Source of the DNA: Balanoglossus misakiensis
Taxonomy: Eukaryota > Animalia > Hemichordata
Reading direction: 5' to 3'
Length of the DNA stretch: 64,000 bases
NCBI GenBank assembly: GCA_040954595.2
Contig: CM082590.2
Coordinates: 620,001-684,000 of the forward strand
Shown in pieces: positions 26,057 through 38,905 of this stretch (positions are counted from its first letter, which is position 1; the number at the start of each line of letters is the position of its first letter). The notes under the pieces were generated by a model, which saw only the letters and a program-made list of their open reading frames with translations, did no database searches and was not told the DNA's origin. The position numbers and the translations under genes were made by a program.

Positions 26057-28533
26057 CTGTGGAATACTTTTTGTTCGCTTGGAATTTATTTTGGCTACTT
26101 TCGCGGAGGTAATTTTTGTGCGAAAATTTGTTCCAGTGGTATGTTTAGAACTCAAAAGACATGAATATTAATGAGCTAGATCGACTGTACTGACGCAGTG
26201 ACCTTTGACCATTACTTGCATGCTATGTCTATGGAAAACAATCTGACACGGAATACGCACTCACATTCTATCATTCACAACAACACCATGTAAATGACAA
26301 AAGTTTTAATAAAAAAAAAAACACTTTATTTACAATTTCCATCTTCAATGGATATGTCAGTAGACGTAAAGGTAAAAAACATTCTGATTGAAAGATTGAG
26401 GGATTGAAATTCGATCATCAACACGGTATTTTGAACTGAAAAATCCCCTGAAAAGCTGCAATAAAATGAAAGAATTCCGACGATAAAAAAACGACAGATA
26501 AATAGAAAAGTCAAACCGAGTCCTCTGGGCTACTCAACTTTCAAACTAGTCCCGCCTGCCTGAAACCATCGCGAATCAAAGCAGTCCGAAGAGCGATTAC
26601 ATTGTGGCAGCTGACAAGCCATCTCGCGTGGATAGGCTTGATGACCGATGTCCGGAGATCAATCTGTGGCGCCGCTACGCTGTTGTCATCGCCTTCATTT
26701 TCTTCGTTTCCTTCGAGAGTTTCCATAACTCTCTCAGCATACCAGGCATTGAAGCAGGACTTGAGGGCTTCTTTGTACTCCTTGTTGACTGACAGATCTA
26801 GTGGTTGTAGCTTATCGGTGCACGCAGCTGGGATGAACATGACTTTGATGTGGTTTTCTTCGAGGATCTTGCGAAGTTCCTCACCGCGATGAGCCTTGTA
26901 AATGTCGAACAGCACCAGTGCTTTCTGGTGAGGAGATAGACCCAGTCTCTGGCGTTGATCTGCGAAGTACGGGATGACGAATCGATCTTCCGAATGTACT
27001 GGATCATGGACGCCTCGTTGCTCCAATGCGATGCGGTGTGGGTCACGTCCCAGTCGTCTGGAAAATAGACGTTGGGATGACATCGGTCGGTCTTGCCAGC
27101 GTAAATAACTTGCGGTGGTAGTAGCTGACCGGCCATCGATACTCCCAGTAGAACTGTTATCTGCCACTTGTCGTCAAGGCCCGATATCGTGATCTGCTTC
27201 CTTCCCCTCTCCTCCAGTGTCCACTCACCCCCAGGAAGTAAACTGAGGCCCGTCTGGTCCCAATTCACAACCATTTCTTCGGGGATGGAAAAGTCATCTC
27301 GAACTTTCTGGACGCGGTCGATGAAAGCGGCCTTCAACGCATCGAAATCCTCCGGTAGCCGTTTCACGCCCTTCGTTCCCTTACGCCGCACAAAGTTCAT
27401 TCTATGAAGGATCAACTTCGCCCAGGCACTCGATACGTCGATATGACCACCAAACTCTTTCAATTTTGCTCTGTCTCTCTTCATGATAATGCCAGTTGCT
27501 GCACCCATGACGATCCGATTGTTGATGACACCGCCCCTGAGTCGGACTCTGCGTATCCATTGCTGCACTTCGGTATCAAGTTCACCAAGCATGAGAGGCT
27601 GACCCCGACGACCTTTCGGTAATGACGTGACTGTCTCACGTTCATTGAGTCTCTTTAACTTCAGGTAGCTTGCCTTCATTCCTCTCACGGTGCTCTCATT
27701 TACGGACCTGTTAAGTTCTTTGCTGAATTTTCTAGCTGTCTTTACGACACCAATCTCGATTGCTGACTTGGCGATCTTCGCTCGTTGTTCATCGGTGTAA
27801 AACGAGTACTTGCCGCGTTTTCTCTTTCTGACGTTGACGGCTTCGGGCGATAATTTTTTCTACTTCGGTGTTGGCAGCTTCGGTCAAAGCGGCATCTTCT
27901 TCCGTACTGCACTCCCGTGGATCAGGTAAACCTGGCGTTCGTGAAGGGTTCACTTGCTTCAACCAGCGATACAGAGACAAGGTGACACGATGATGACAAC
28001 AAGTCGAATGATGCTAGTCATTCCGAAATACGGGTTTAAATGCTAAAAAATCGTTTGATCGTAGCGGTAAGCTGTGAAGAATATTTCACGATGTATTTGG
28101 CTGTAAAATTCACAATTTTTCACCATTCACACTAACATTGCCGAAAAGATATAAGAGAAAGGGAGCAATTCACAAATACAGAGTAATTATCACTTTGATA
28201 GCTGTGATGTTGTGACCGAACTGCGTTGTTTGGATTGCCGACAGTCATTTACCGACACCATTTATTGACACCATAACTTAAGCTGGTTAAAAACAATTAA
28301 ATCAAATGTTTGCTGACTTGATTGACACCCAAAACGCATTGTTTGACGCCTAACGGCGGCCTGTGATGTTTGTGTTTGTCGAGTTAGCCTTGTCAACGCC
28401 TAATTTCAATTAGGGTACACCGCCTTGGCTGATGACAATGTAAAACGATCAGCTCGAAAATAAAGTCGCGCCTATGTATCAATTTTATCCATTGCGCGAA
28501 AATATATTCAAGTGATAATAAAGTATTCCACAG
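26057..28533 (-). mobile_element. Full-length pogo-superfamily DNA transposon (2477 bp)
   Basis: TA at 26055-26056 and 28534-28535; TIR CTGTGGAATACTTT (14 bp perfect, ~35 bp imperfect); contains a transposase pseudogene. Confidence 0.92.
26541..27980 (-). pseudogene. pogo-type DD35D transposase pseudogene (CENP-B-type HTH plus DDE_1 domain)
   Basis: NWDQTG, LFD-x35-D(QPLD) and FIPAACTDKLQPLDLSVNK motifs; start codon is TTG; frameshifts near 27855 and 26985. Confidence 0.9.
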
Positions 28534-28535
28534 TA

Positions 28536-29116
28536 TATTTAAGCAATAACCCCCGCCGCAGGCGGGTATACGCGAGATTTGGGTACAATTCAAGACAAAT
28601 AGCACGAGCCGTCTTGGATATTTAAAAAAAAAAGATAAACAGGAAAATGTTAAATTCTTGTCAGCCTCACATGAGGAAATGAAGTTTCAATGACAGCAGA
28701 ACCCATGTGATGATGTTGTTTTTGTGGCATATCAGTGTCATTTTCTTTCCGAAACGGCGTCAGAAAGAGAAATTACGATCGTGAACCAACATGGCGACGA
28801 TGAATGTAAACACGAGTGGTCCAGGATCGAGCATTAAACATGAAGCAGACGACAAAAAATGACCTGACGGGCGTCGCGCATGGCAAAGTGACAAGTATTC
28901 CGACACAGCAGTTCCAAAATAAAACGTCCTTAAATTCAACGGTGTTTTAATTTTATTTATTTGGTTTAACACCACGCGACTGTGGTTCAACCGCACATTT
29001 TCACCACCGCATGCTAGTTCAGGGGCCCGTTTTAGCACTGCCAGCAGTGCTATATGACTATTTTAGCATCGCTGGATTGAGCTCTCGTCCAATCAGAATG
29101 GCGGACGGTAGCATAA
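28536..29116 (+). mobile_element. Crypton-V/LRS-like element (family G)
   Basis: TATTTAAGCAATAACCCC terminus; both ends recur inverted at 36670-36740 and 33571-33752. Confidence 0.65.
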
Positions 29117-29498
29117 ACTGCATTTGCTACATCCAAAAACAAAGCAACCCAAAAATCAACACAACAAAATAAGCGTGAACTACGTCATCGACGATGACTT
29201 GTTATTTTCTCTTTTTATAGAAAAAGCCGTCACACTGTTTTTAGGTCCCATTGGTATATACCATGGGATCAGTTGCGTCTGTATGTATGGATGGATAGAT
29301 ATATGTCTGTATGTCCGTCCACATCAAAAACTTGAAAACCGCTGCGTGTATCACCTTGATATTTGGTGTGCAGATGCAGGCTGTAGATGGGAGTTTGTTC
29401 AAATGGAGGTGTCATCGCCAAAAATATGCAAATTAGCTGGAAAAATGTGAATCTGGTCAAGAACTACTGTTCAGATTGCTTTGCAAAGTGGTGTGTAT

Positions 29499-30774
29499 TT
29501 AGGGGCACAAGCCTATCGGGCTTGTGCCCCTATTGGTATTGTTGGAATATTTCTTCTTTATTATTATTATTATTCTTCTTCTTCCGAGAAATTCGGCCAG
29601 GTAGATCTGGAAAACCACAGCACCTAGGGGGCTGAAACTTGGTAGGGTGATAGGGGCCAATGAGTAGACGTGCAGTGGCTCGTGAATATTTAATTAGTCA
29701 CGTGACCTGGCGGCCATATTGGATTTCCTGAAAATCGTTAAACGAGTCCTTCTCAAAAACTACTGGGCCGATCGAGTTCAAATTTGGTGTGCAGGTAGCC
29801 TACCTTCTGTCCATCATTTTACCCCATTGAAATCATGACGTCACACATAAAGTTTTTTTGCTACAATTGTTTTTCTGAAAAACTACGTAAAACTTTAAAA
29901 ATCTTCTTCTCCAGAACCAGCGATTGCCGAGTCACGGGATTTGGGGCATGTGGTCACCTAACCTATGTCTATCAAGTTTGCGAAGCGCACTGTGATTGGT
30001 CGATCATTATGGCGGCCATGTTGGATTTTCGGAAAACCATTGAAAAATATAAATTCCTTTTTGTAGCCAAAATATTGACAGCACAGAAATTCTTCTTTTG
30101 GATATGAGTCATCATATGACCGGAAGTTGTCACAATTTTTCGGGGCAATTTTCACATGACCTTTGACCCAGTTTTAAAACAACTAATTATATATGCATAT
30201 TCCCCATACCTCCTCTTGTAAAAGCACCACAGTCATGAATTTTGTGGACATGGGTACCAATGCTGCCAGGACATGACACAAATCTTTTGGTAATTTTGGC
30301 AATGACCTTTGACCTATTTCTGACACATCATTTTTCTGCATATCTAATTCCATGCTACCCAATAGGGCTAGAGGTCTGGTATTGGTTGGACATGGCCCAG
30401 TCTGGGGTCAAAATTTTATGCCCTAATTTTGGGTGACCTTGGGTGACCTTTGATCTACTTTCCCATATCTCAGCCTCCAGAGCAGTTAGAGCCCTGGCTT
30501 TTATGGGTATTGAGCACATAATGGAGTCTTACACAAAACCTCATTAATTATGTGCATACCTAATTGCAGGCGAACCAATAGGGCTAGGGGTCTGGTTTTT
30601 TGTTGGATCTAGACTAGAATGGGGTCCAATTTTTTTGCCCAAATTTGGGGTGACCTCAGGTGACCTTTGACCTACTTTCCCATATCTTGGTATCCCCAGC
30701 AGATACAGCCGTGGCATTTGCTGGTCACCATGGGAACCGCTTGTGCCCCGCCAACGCTGCTTGCAGCTTTAATT
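29499..30774 (+). mobile_element. HINE family B' nested in family A
   Basis: Head hairpin AGGGGCACAAGCC-tatcg-GGCTTGTGCCCCT; tail GCTTGTGCCCC plus GCTGC-TT-GCAGC; TT target; diverged satellite monomers. Confidence 0.82.
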
Positions 30775-31020
30775 ACTTTTTTGAGTTGTTTTAATTAGGC
30801 AGGAACTCCCCTCCTGTGATTCATATAATCATTACTGGCTGAGTTTTAAAGAGGCCAGCTGTTCTACTTAGTGTATGTACAGTACATATGCCATTGGCAG
30901 CTTATGGGTCAGTCAGTGTTTGCCCATTGATCTCTCGCTATGTGTGTGTGTGTGTCTCTCTGTCTGTATATGGCCATGTACTCCGGTGTAGACTTTTTCT
31001 TCTGTAATCACTCAATGGGA

Positions 31021-32458
31021 CAGGGCTCGAAATTCGCGGTAGCCCCGCGTCCACAGACTACCAATGTTTGCGATCGGGCTACCAATTTGACACCAGTGGT
31101 AGCCCGATTGGGCTACCATGCGTGCGACGTATCTTGGACTTGTTACAGTTTATAATGATACAACCAGCAGTGTTTTCTCCAGGACGCGCGATTCCCTCTC
31201 TTTTACACTTGAATCGCCCCTTGTAACAAGTTCAAGGGGCGACCATCGCCCCTTCGTGAGCAGCCCACCCGGCCAGTACATGCGCGTCCAAGCCTCCGTA
31301 GCATGCACCGTCAGTCAAAACACTGGGAAAACGGCCGATATTACTGCGTGCTGGCCTATACATTTTAACTTCCCACCCCCCAAAACTATGTTGTAGATGA
31401 CTTTCACATTCATTCACGTGTAATTTAGCTCCAGGGCTATAGTGTGCAATTGTTGGAACAGCCTATCTGGACACCGTCTAAATTTAGAGCACACACTCTG
31501 CACTCAAGTGATGGCTGAACGTAACAATTTTATGCAAATTAAAAGAACTGCGTTCATCTCAGTTTTCCATGACCTTGTTTGGAAGGAAAGTCATTCAATA
31601 TGTACAGAGACTGTCCATTTGAGTAGTGTGCTTAGCCACAGATGGGAAGTGTTGGCAGAAATCTGAAGGAATATATACTACTTCAATTTATTTCACTATA
31701 ATAATGGTTTCAAAATCTATTATTTTGGCAGCTAAAAAAACTGAAACTTTTAAAATCAAACAAGAATTTTTTTACCGGGTATAGTATTAAAGAAAGACAC
31801 TATTGTTTTTGCAGTTGCATTTATTTTATTCATTTCACTCTCCTTGCCAGGGGAGCAGTTAGTCACTCTCCTACCACTTGTGTAATTAATTTCAGGAGAG
31901 TTATTTTCAGCTCTCCAGGCTTTTTTAAATTACATGCCCTGAAAGTTATGCAAGTTGGTGTCTTCCTCTGCAAAACCTACTAATTTAAAGAAGAAAAAAC
32001 TGTAACTGTTAATTTGTTGTCAAGTTCACATGTAAAATGTTGTAATTTACTAATACTGTTTTTAATATGGAATGAAGGCAGTTAGTAAGTTAACGTTCAA
32101 AATTGTCAATCGTGACATTTACTTCGACCAAATCCCCCTTAATTTTGGACTAAGGGGGGACATTCCCCCTTCTCTCAACATCCTGGAGAAAACACTGGGT
32201 TCAACCGGCCGCGGACTCGTGTGCATTTTGACACGTGTCAATCAACAATATAATTGTTCACCATAGCAGTATGTATATTAAAAATTTACCAACGTTCTCA
32301 AACAGATATAGACCTGCTACCGTACATGTAGCAGTATACAATGTACATTGATTTATCATTGTATTATGTGGACTACCAGCTATTGTTCTTGGGCTACCAA
32401 CTTTAGAAAATGGTAGCCCACTGAGGCTACCAAGAAAAAAAACGAATTTCGAGCCCTG
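31021..32458. mobile_element. hAT-like composite element (family D) with 5-bp TSD TGGGA, carrying a family E element
   Basis: TIR CAGGGCTCGAAATTCG; TGGGA at 31016-31020 and 32459-32463; second copy starts at 45000. Confidence 0.85.
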
Positions 32459-32539
32459 TGGGACCACCGTGTCCTTGACGCGATTTTTATTTTATCATGA
32501 CCACATATCCTTGACCTCATCACCTGTCATCTCTTTCAG

Positions 32540-32671
32540 TTGGAGCGCAGTTTTCAGCGGTTTACAACATTTTATGCTAGTCAACATAGTGGTCGTAAAT
32601 TGATGTGGTTGTTTCAAATGTCCAAAGGAGAACTGGTGACAAATTGTTTCAAGAATAGATACACCTTACAA
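32540..32671 (+). CDS. CUL1: Cullin-1 exon i ([44 protein letters not shown])
   Basis: tttcag| acceptor, CAA|gtaagt donor; 132 nt. Confidence 0.97.
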
Positions 32672-35600
32672 GTAAGTATTTCAAATGAAGATTTATTAAT
32701 AGAATCTCACACTCCTGGCCGCTGAGAGTGTGGGATCAAATCGATCTCACACTCTCGCAGAATCCAAAGCTTTATACGACATGAGCACTGAATAGATGAT
32801 AAACATTCTTTAATAAACACGCGCAATTAATTATACAATGGCGTAATTTGTTATAGATGGACAGAATTGGAACATGCCAGATGACAGTTGCACGGTCAAT
32901 TATTGAATTTTACTAATGTGGATTTTGCTCAATCATTACTGTAGCATACTTTATTTTCACTAAGACTTCATTTTCACTATTTTCGCTGGACTCCAGTGAA
33001 AATTCGTATTTCCTATTCTTTGCACATAAGTGGACAAGAAATAATGAAAATAATATCTCTGTACTATTCAAATTTTTTGTTTTCAGTGGAAAAAAATTCC
33101 ACTGAAAATAAAGTATTCTACAGTATGTCATGTGAGCACTGATTGGATGATAAACATTCTTTAATTAACGCACGATATAAATGTTATCCAGTGGAATGAT
33201 GAGTTATACATGGACAGAATGTACCAGACGATGATGAATTTTGCTTATTTGATGTAGTGTGAGAAATAGAATCTCACACTCCAAAGGATCTGGGATCATA
33301 TTGATATATGATCCCAGGTCCTTGGTGTGTGAGATTATATTTCTCACACGGCCACAAATTTGTATAAAAAGCATTAAATAATCGACTCTTGAACTTTTGT
33401 CTGGCATGTTCTAGTTTGTGTCCGTGTAATACACATCACGCCATTGGATAACATTTTAGCATGTGTTAATTAAAGGGACAAAGTCTCTCTCTGGCTGCCC
33501 CTATTCCATTAATTATGTTTGATACAAGACACTGATTCAGTTAATGTACATGTGGATATATCGTGAATGATATTATATCATGCTACCATCCGCCATTCTG
33601 ATTAGACGAGAGCTCAATCCAGCGATGCTAAAATACTCAATATATCACTGCTAAAATGGGCTCTAAACTAGCATGCGGCAGCGAAATTGCGCAGTTAAAC
33701 CAGAGTCGCATGTGTTTAAACCAATAAAATAAAATAAAAATACTGTTGAATTAAAGCCCCAAGTATTTCTCGTGTGTATCCATTTTTCATCATCGAAAAA
33801 TGCCCGTTTTTCCCGTACATTCATCATGGAATACTACATAATGAAGATGTAAGAAAGGTTTGGGCAATTGTAGCTACATGCAAGCCGAAAATATCGCCCG
33901 TAACACTTGAAATGATGCGCGGGTTTGTTTACATTGGAAATGGTGTACATGTGACCGAGAACACGTATAGCGATGACGCATCAATCTCGCGAGATGTTTG
34001 GGATTACGCGTGATCAAAACAATACGGACCTCGCAGGGCTCTGGTCACATTTTTACTGGTCGATCAGCAAACGTGCCACTTCGACATTTGATGTCAGACC
34101 ATTTTCGGATTTGATCTGGTTCCATTGACTGATTTCATCCTATATATTTATCTTCCCAGAATTTCGCCGAATTAGGGAAGAGGTCATTTTCAAGTAGGCG
34201 GTACAGCGTTCGTATAGTAGCCTATACCTCAGGTATACCTCCTCTTATGAGTCATATGACGTGAATATTCATGAGCAACTCATTACCGCGGTCGTTCACA
34301 CCTTGAACTAGTGCCATTATATTGTCTAAAGAGCTCTGTAGTCCAACAGTAACCCTGCGGTAGCAAATGGCCTGAACGGCTCCAATAATGGAGAGAGAGA
34401 AAATCACGAGATCGGAGAATATGGTCTTATTTTTCCCCTTTTGCGCGCCCACGTAAGAGATCATGTTAGTTATTTATATAGGCAATTGCGCACTGAAATG
34501 TCCCATACTGACCACAGAAGGTCAGGCCCTCGCTAAAAGCAGGGATGTAGAAAATAGTCGGAAGCCGGAAAAAATAGCCGGCTGTAAAGAGAACAATTTC
34601 TGCCTATAAACAGAGAAAAATCGCCAGCCTTTTTTTGTTTGTGAAATTTGCCGGCATGGGTGTATGCATACAAGAGATCTTACGACCTGTAATCGATACT
34701 GATAACAACTTCATAGCACACTTGTAGCAAACTTGAGTCCCTCGAGGGATTTGGTTTATGGTTGAATTTGATACAGTTTACATACAAGCAGTCAAGCTCT
34801 TGGGAATTATAAGTTACACTGTGATATCACGCCTATATTATCGGACTCGGCTGCACAGACAGTGAACTACCATGACTCCAATTGCTTTTGAAACCAACCC
34901 CGTCCATGAGTATCAGCAGTCTCAGTTTTGTTGAAAACCCTCCAATTGAACTTTTAATATAGTTTCAACTGCAAATTTCTTGTATAAGACTAAAAAGACA
35001 GAGTTGACAGTATTCTCTGTACAACATGCTTTAGGTCAAAGGGTCACTCATAAGGTGATGTTCAAGATGGGACCCCTAGTCAGACAACAGTTGAACTTAG
35101 AATGAACTCCCCAGCTTTTAGAAATACAAGTTTTCTCAAATTCACTCGTGGTATGCGTGGGTGGGAAAGGAGGCTTACTCAGCTCATGTTGCCATTTTAT
35201 TCAGTGAGATTGCTGCTTCACGCAATGAAAGGATTTCGTCTGCACGACCTCCTGATTGTTCGTGCGAGATCTCTCTCTCATTCATCAGCTCTCAGTCCAA
35301 AACAGACATTAAAGTTCAAAACTGACATATTGATAACCTTGCACAATTCTCTCTCTCCTTTCACCCATAAGAGTACATGCAGAAGACTTTCGGCAAAATC
35401 AGAAGCCTTCAACCACGTGCTTCAACATAACACAACAGTACACTAACGAGGTGCTAATCAGCGTGGTATCCCAATGGGATACTTTACGCATGCAAACTCA
35501 TTAAACGCTGCTAATCGCTTTCCCGCCTGTACTGCCAGGGTAGGGCGAGGGGGGGGGGGGAAGGTAACCTCGCGTGGTATCGCCTATTTGAAAATGACCT

Positions 35601-35927
35601 CTTCCCTTAGTGCGAGTTTCTTCGCTAAGTCGCTAGATTTGGGGCGACCAAACCTCTTCCGCGTAGACTCTATGGACGCGGACGCCGCGCCGCTGCTGTT
35701 TGCTGAAACTTGTGTACATTTGAGTGCGCATGCGCAGTAGTGTTATTACGTTGCATTCCGTGTGTCAACAGGAGCCTGACTCACGTGACTTTCTGTCTGG
35801 ACAGAAAGTCATTCTTCACTCGTTATATTGTAAATTGTATGAGTTAATGAGCAGAGCTGGGGATGATGACTGTTCGATTCAGTATCAATTATCATCTACT
35901 TTTTAGCTCTGCTGTCACTTGTGTCAG

Positions 35928-36192
35928 CATGTGTTATAAAGCATGGGGATCTAACCTAACTAAAATCCCACCTAATGTTGAACCTAAAAAAATAGCTAAA
36001 AGCGCTATAAAATGAGCAAACAATATTCAATCGGTATTAATATAATAAAAATTCAAATTAAATATAAAAACATTCGGAAAAAATAAGTAATGACGGAAAA
36101 ATGGACGAACGATTTTGTTAAAAAGCCCTTTTTTTAGGTTCAACATTAGGTGGGATTTTAGTTAGGTGAAATCCCCATGCTTCAGAACACAT
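35928..36192. repeat. Palindromic MITE-like element with ~60-bp arms
   Basis: aagcatggggat..acctaactaaaatcccacctaatgttgaacctaaaaaa and its reverse complement at 36128-36182. Confidence 0.75.
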
Positions 36193-36340
36193 GGTCCTGG
36201 GCTATCACGCACTTGCCAAAAGGTCATGTAAGGCCACAGACGCCTTAGGGCCTATATAGCGACACCCCATCAAAACAATTCAGGGAAAAAATCGCCAGAG
36301 ATTTGTTGCGCCCGCGCCCAAGCCAAGATCAACGTACTTT

Positions 36341-36670
36341 AATTTAGCACCTCATCATAAAGCTGCTAATAATTCAGCACCAAATTTTTCACCTACTAAT
36401 AATTCGGCACCTAATCATAAAGCTGCTAATAATTCAGCACCAAATTTTTCACCTACTAATAATGCGGCACCTAATCATAACGCTGCTAATAACTCGGCAC
36501 CAAATTTTTCCCCTACTAATAATGTGGCACCTAATCATAAAGCTGCTAATAACTCAGCACCAAATTTTTCACCTACTAATAATGCGGCACCTAATCATAA
36601 AGCTGCTAATAACTCAGCACCAAATTTTTCACCTACTAATAATGTGGCACCTAATCATAACGCTGCTAAC
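36341..36670 (+). repeat. Minisatellite: 60-bp unit made of two related 30-bp halves, 5.5 copies
   Basis: (aatKYggcacctaatcataaMgctgctaat + aaYtcRgcaccaaatttttcMcctactaat)n. Confidence 0.95.
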
Positions 36671-37646
36671 GCTCGTGCTATATGTCTCGAATTGTATCCA
36701 AATCTCGTGTATACCCGCCTGTGGTGGGGTTATTGCTTAACCAACGTTCAACCACACACACCTTCCATCCCGCTTATAGACACGAGAGTGAAAAAACTCG
36801 CCAAAATGAATAATCGGTGTTTACCATTTATTCATTTTGGTGAGATTTTTACTCTCATGTCCTACAAATGGGATGGAAGTTGTTTGTGTGTGATCGAACG
36901 TTGATTCACTAATATCCACATGTACATGTAGAATAACATAAACGGTGTCTTGTATCAAATATAATTATGGTAAAAGGGCATCGAGAGAGAGACTTTGTTT
37001 TGTCACCCAATCAGCGCTTGCATCATATACAGCTGTTGATTCTGTTAGAGTGTGAGAAAAATGATTTTTCCCGCACTGACACTCTCACACTGCCAGCAGC
37101 CAGGCGTGTGAGAAAGACAATTGATTGATAGATACAGCTTGGCACTCTTATCGTATCATACAATAGGAATCATATTCTAATGGATATAAGAATCACTGAC
37201 TGCTATGGTGATGCATTGTTCATGCTTGCATTCTGGCATGAATTTTAGAGTTAAGAATTCTCATATGTTGTTGATACATACGCTAATATGGCTTCACCCC
37301 GGTGGTTTGGTACAAATCCATTGTTTTCTATGGTAAAGCTTGACCTCTGTAGGAGGAACTGGGGGTGAAAGGGTTACAGGGCCAGGTCTGTTTGTGGGTT
37401 ATCAGTTGCCATATATTTAGAGATGGATTTTCTTTCTGAGGATAGTGACTTCATGGTCACGATGCTCTGCCCTGACCAAGGCACTTTACTCTTAATTGCT
37501 CTTAGGGACTGGCTTTGTATAGGTGATTCGCACCTGTGCCAGTCATCCTAACCTAAGTAGACAAACTTTCTGTGTATTGTATGGGTGAATTATGTAAATA
37601 AAACATAAATAAAGAATTGATGTGAAAAGTTTCAAATAATGTGTTA

Positions 37647-37962
37647 TATTTAAGCAATAAAACACCCCCAGCCATGGTATACCACGAGATTTTGACCAGT
37701 TCACGACATATACGCACGAGCGATAGCGAGTGAGTATATGGAGTTGAACTGGTCAAAATCTCGTGGTATACCATGGCTGGGGGTGTTTTATTGCTATTAT
37801 ATTATGCCAGTATATTGAAACTTTGCATAAAACATTTTAAAAAGGCATTTTCTTTGACTATGATATATGACTGTGGTATATGGCTAATATATCAGTCACG
37901 TGTCGTGTCTCGACCAATAAAATAGCGTGATTTACACCATCAATATACTGGTATAATATAAT
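37647..37962 (+). mobile_element. Crypton-V/LRS-like hairpin element abutting the exon j acceptor
   Basis: agcaataaaacacccccagccatggtataccacgagattttgaccagttca and its reverse complement; central GAGCGATAGCGAGTG. Confidence 0.72.
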
Positions 37963-37976
37963 TGTTTTTTTTTTAG

Positions 37977-38069
37977 GCATCTACATTTCAAATGGCAGTA
38001 CTGCTTCAGTACAACACTGCAGATTCTTATCCAATTCAGCTTCTACATGAACATACACAGTTGAAAATG
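37977..38069 (+). CDS. CUL1: Cullin-1 exon j ([31 protein letters not shown])
   Basis: ttttag| acceptor, ATG|gtaagt donor; 93 nt. Confidence 0.95.
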
Positions 38070-38905
38070 GTAAGTGAACAACATTGATAACATGTATAAT
38101 ATATTTATGGTCCAAATCCATCCATATTTTAAAGTTCGTAGGTCAAATATTCAGTATTTACATGTCCAGTTGTAAAGACAAACGATCACACAAAACAGTA
38201 CAGCACAGCACAGGCTATCAACATAACACTCAGAGCAAATTCAAGTCCTTGAAAGAAAGACGTAGAGACTTCTCCGTGAAAAAAAGACCAGGAAGTCGTG
38301 TGTTTTGAAAAAAGTAAGGCCATCCTGCCTGCATGTGCAATATATCAATCTTGAAGTCAAAATAGAAAGCAGCCACACACTAAATACAAACGTCGCTGAT
38401 ACTATCAGTAATCATTGTCGTCAGGGATACCTTGTACTTATCCACTAGCTGTGATGACACCTGCCAAAAAGCATTTGAATGTAGAAACAATTCTTTTTCT
38501 GCAATAACCCTGATTTATCAGTTTGCAAGATATGTGAATCTGTCATTCTGCAAAATCAGTGTAAGAACTGCTACTCTTGCCTAACTCAAGCTTGTAAAAC
38601 TGTGTTTGTGAATATTTCTTCTTGTTGAGTTCCTCCCTTGTTATATATCACCCTCTGATAAGCACCATCAAAGACTAGAATATTTCACAACATGCTGCCA
38701 AGTGTAAATGCGTTAAAGGGCGACAATTGTCTTGTGCACATGTGCCAAACCAGAGAATCTGGTTACAAAAATTGCATAGTCAGTGCTATAAGGCAGTGTG
38801 CTGTCCTAACAATAGACAAGATGGCGGCAGCCGTAGTCTGTGTCCGAGATCGGGAAAAGACAGTAAAGTGGGTGAAAAGACGGGACAAAACTAAAGTTTA
38901 CTTAA

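Larger units (their letters stand above)
29238..32488 (+). mobile_element. HINE family A short copy carrying two nested insertions
   Basis: Segments 29238-29500, 30775-31020 and 32459-32488 rejoin to match 40255-40879. Confidence 0.85.
33474..36997. mobile_element. Second family F MITE, interrupted by an inverted family G element (33571-36740) and further nested sequence
   Basis: Left arm 33474-33568; remainder resumes at 36741. Confidence 0.75.

Noticed and set aside
28700-35910. Intronic C/D-box snoRNA candidates at TGATGA motifs (~28706, ~35863)
   Set aside because: No suitably placed CTGA box or terminal stem, and both lie within or among repeats
36341-36670. CRISPR-like regular repeat
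   Set aside because: Both halves of the unit repeat, so there are no unique spacers; no cas genes; eukaryotic intron
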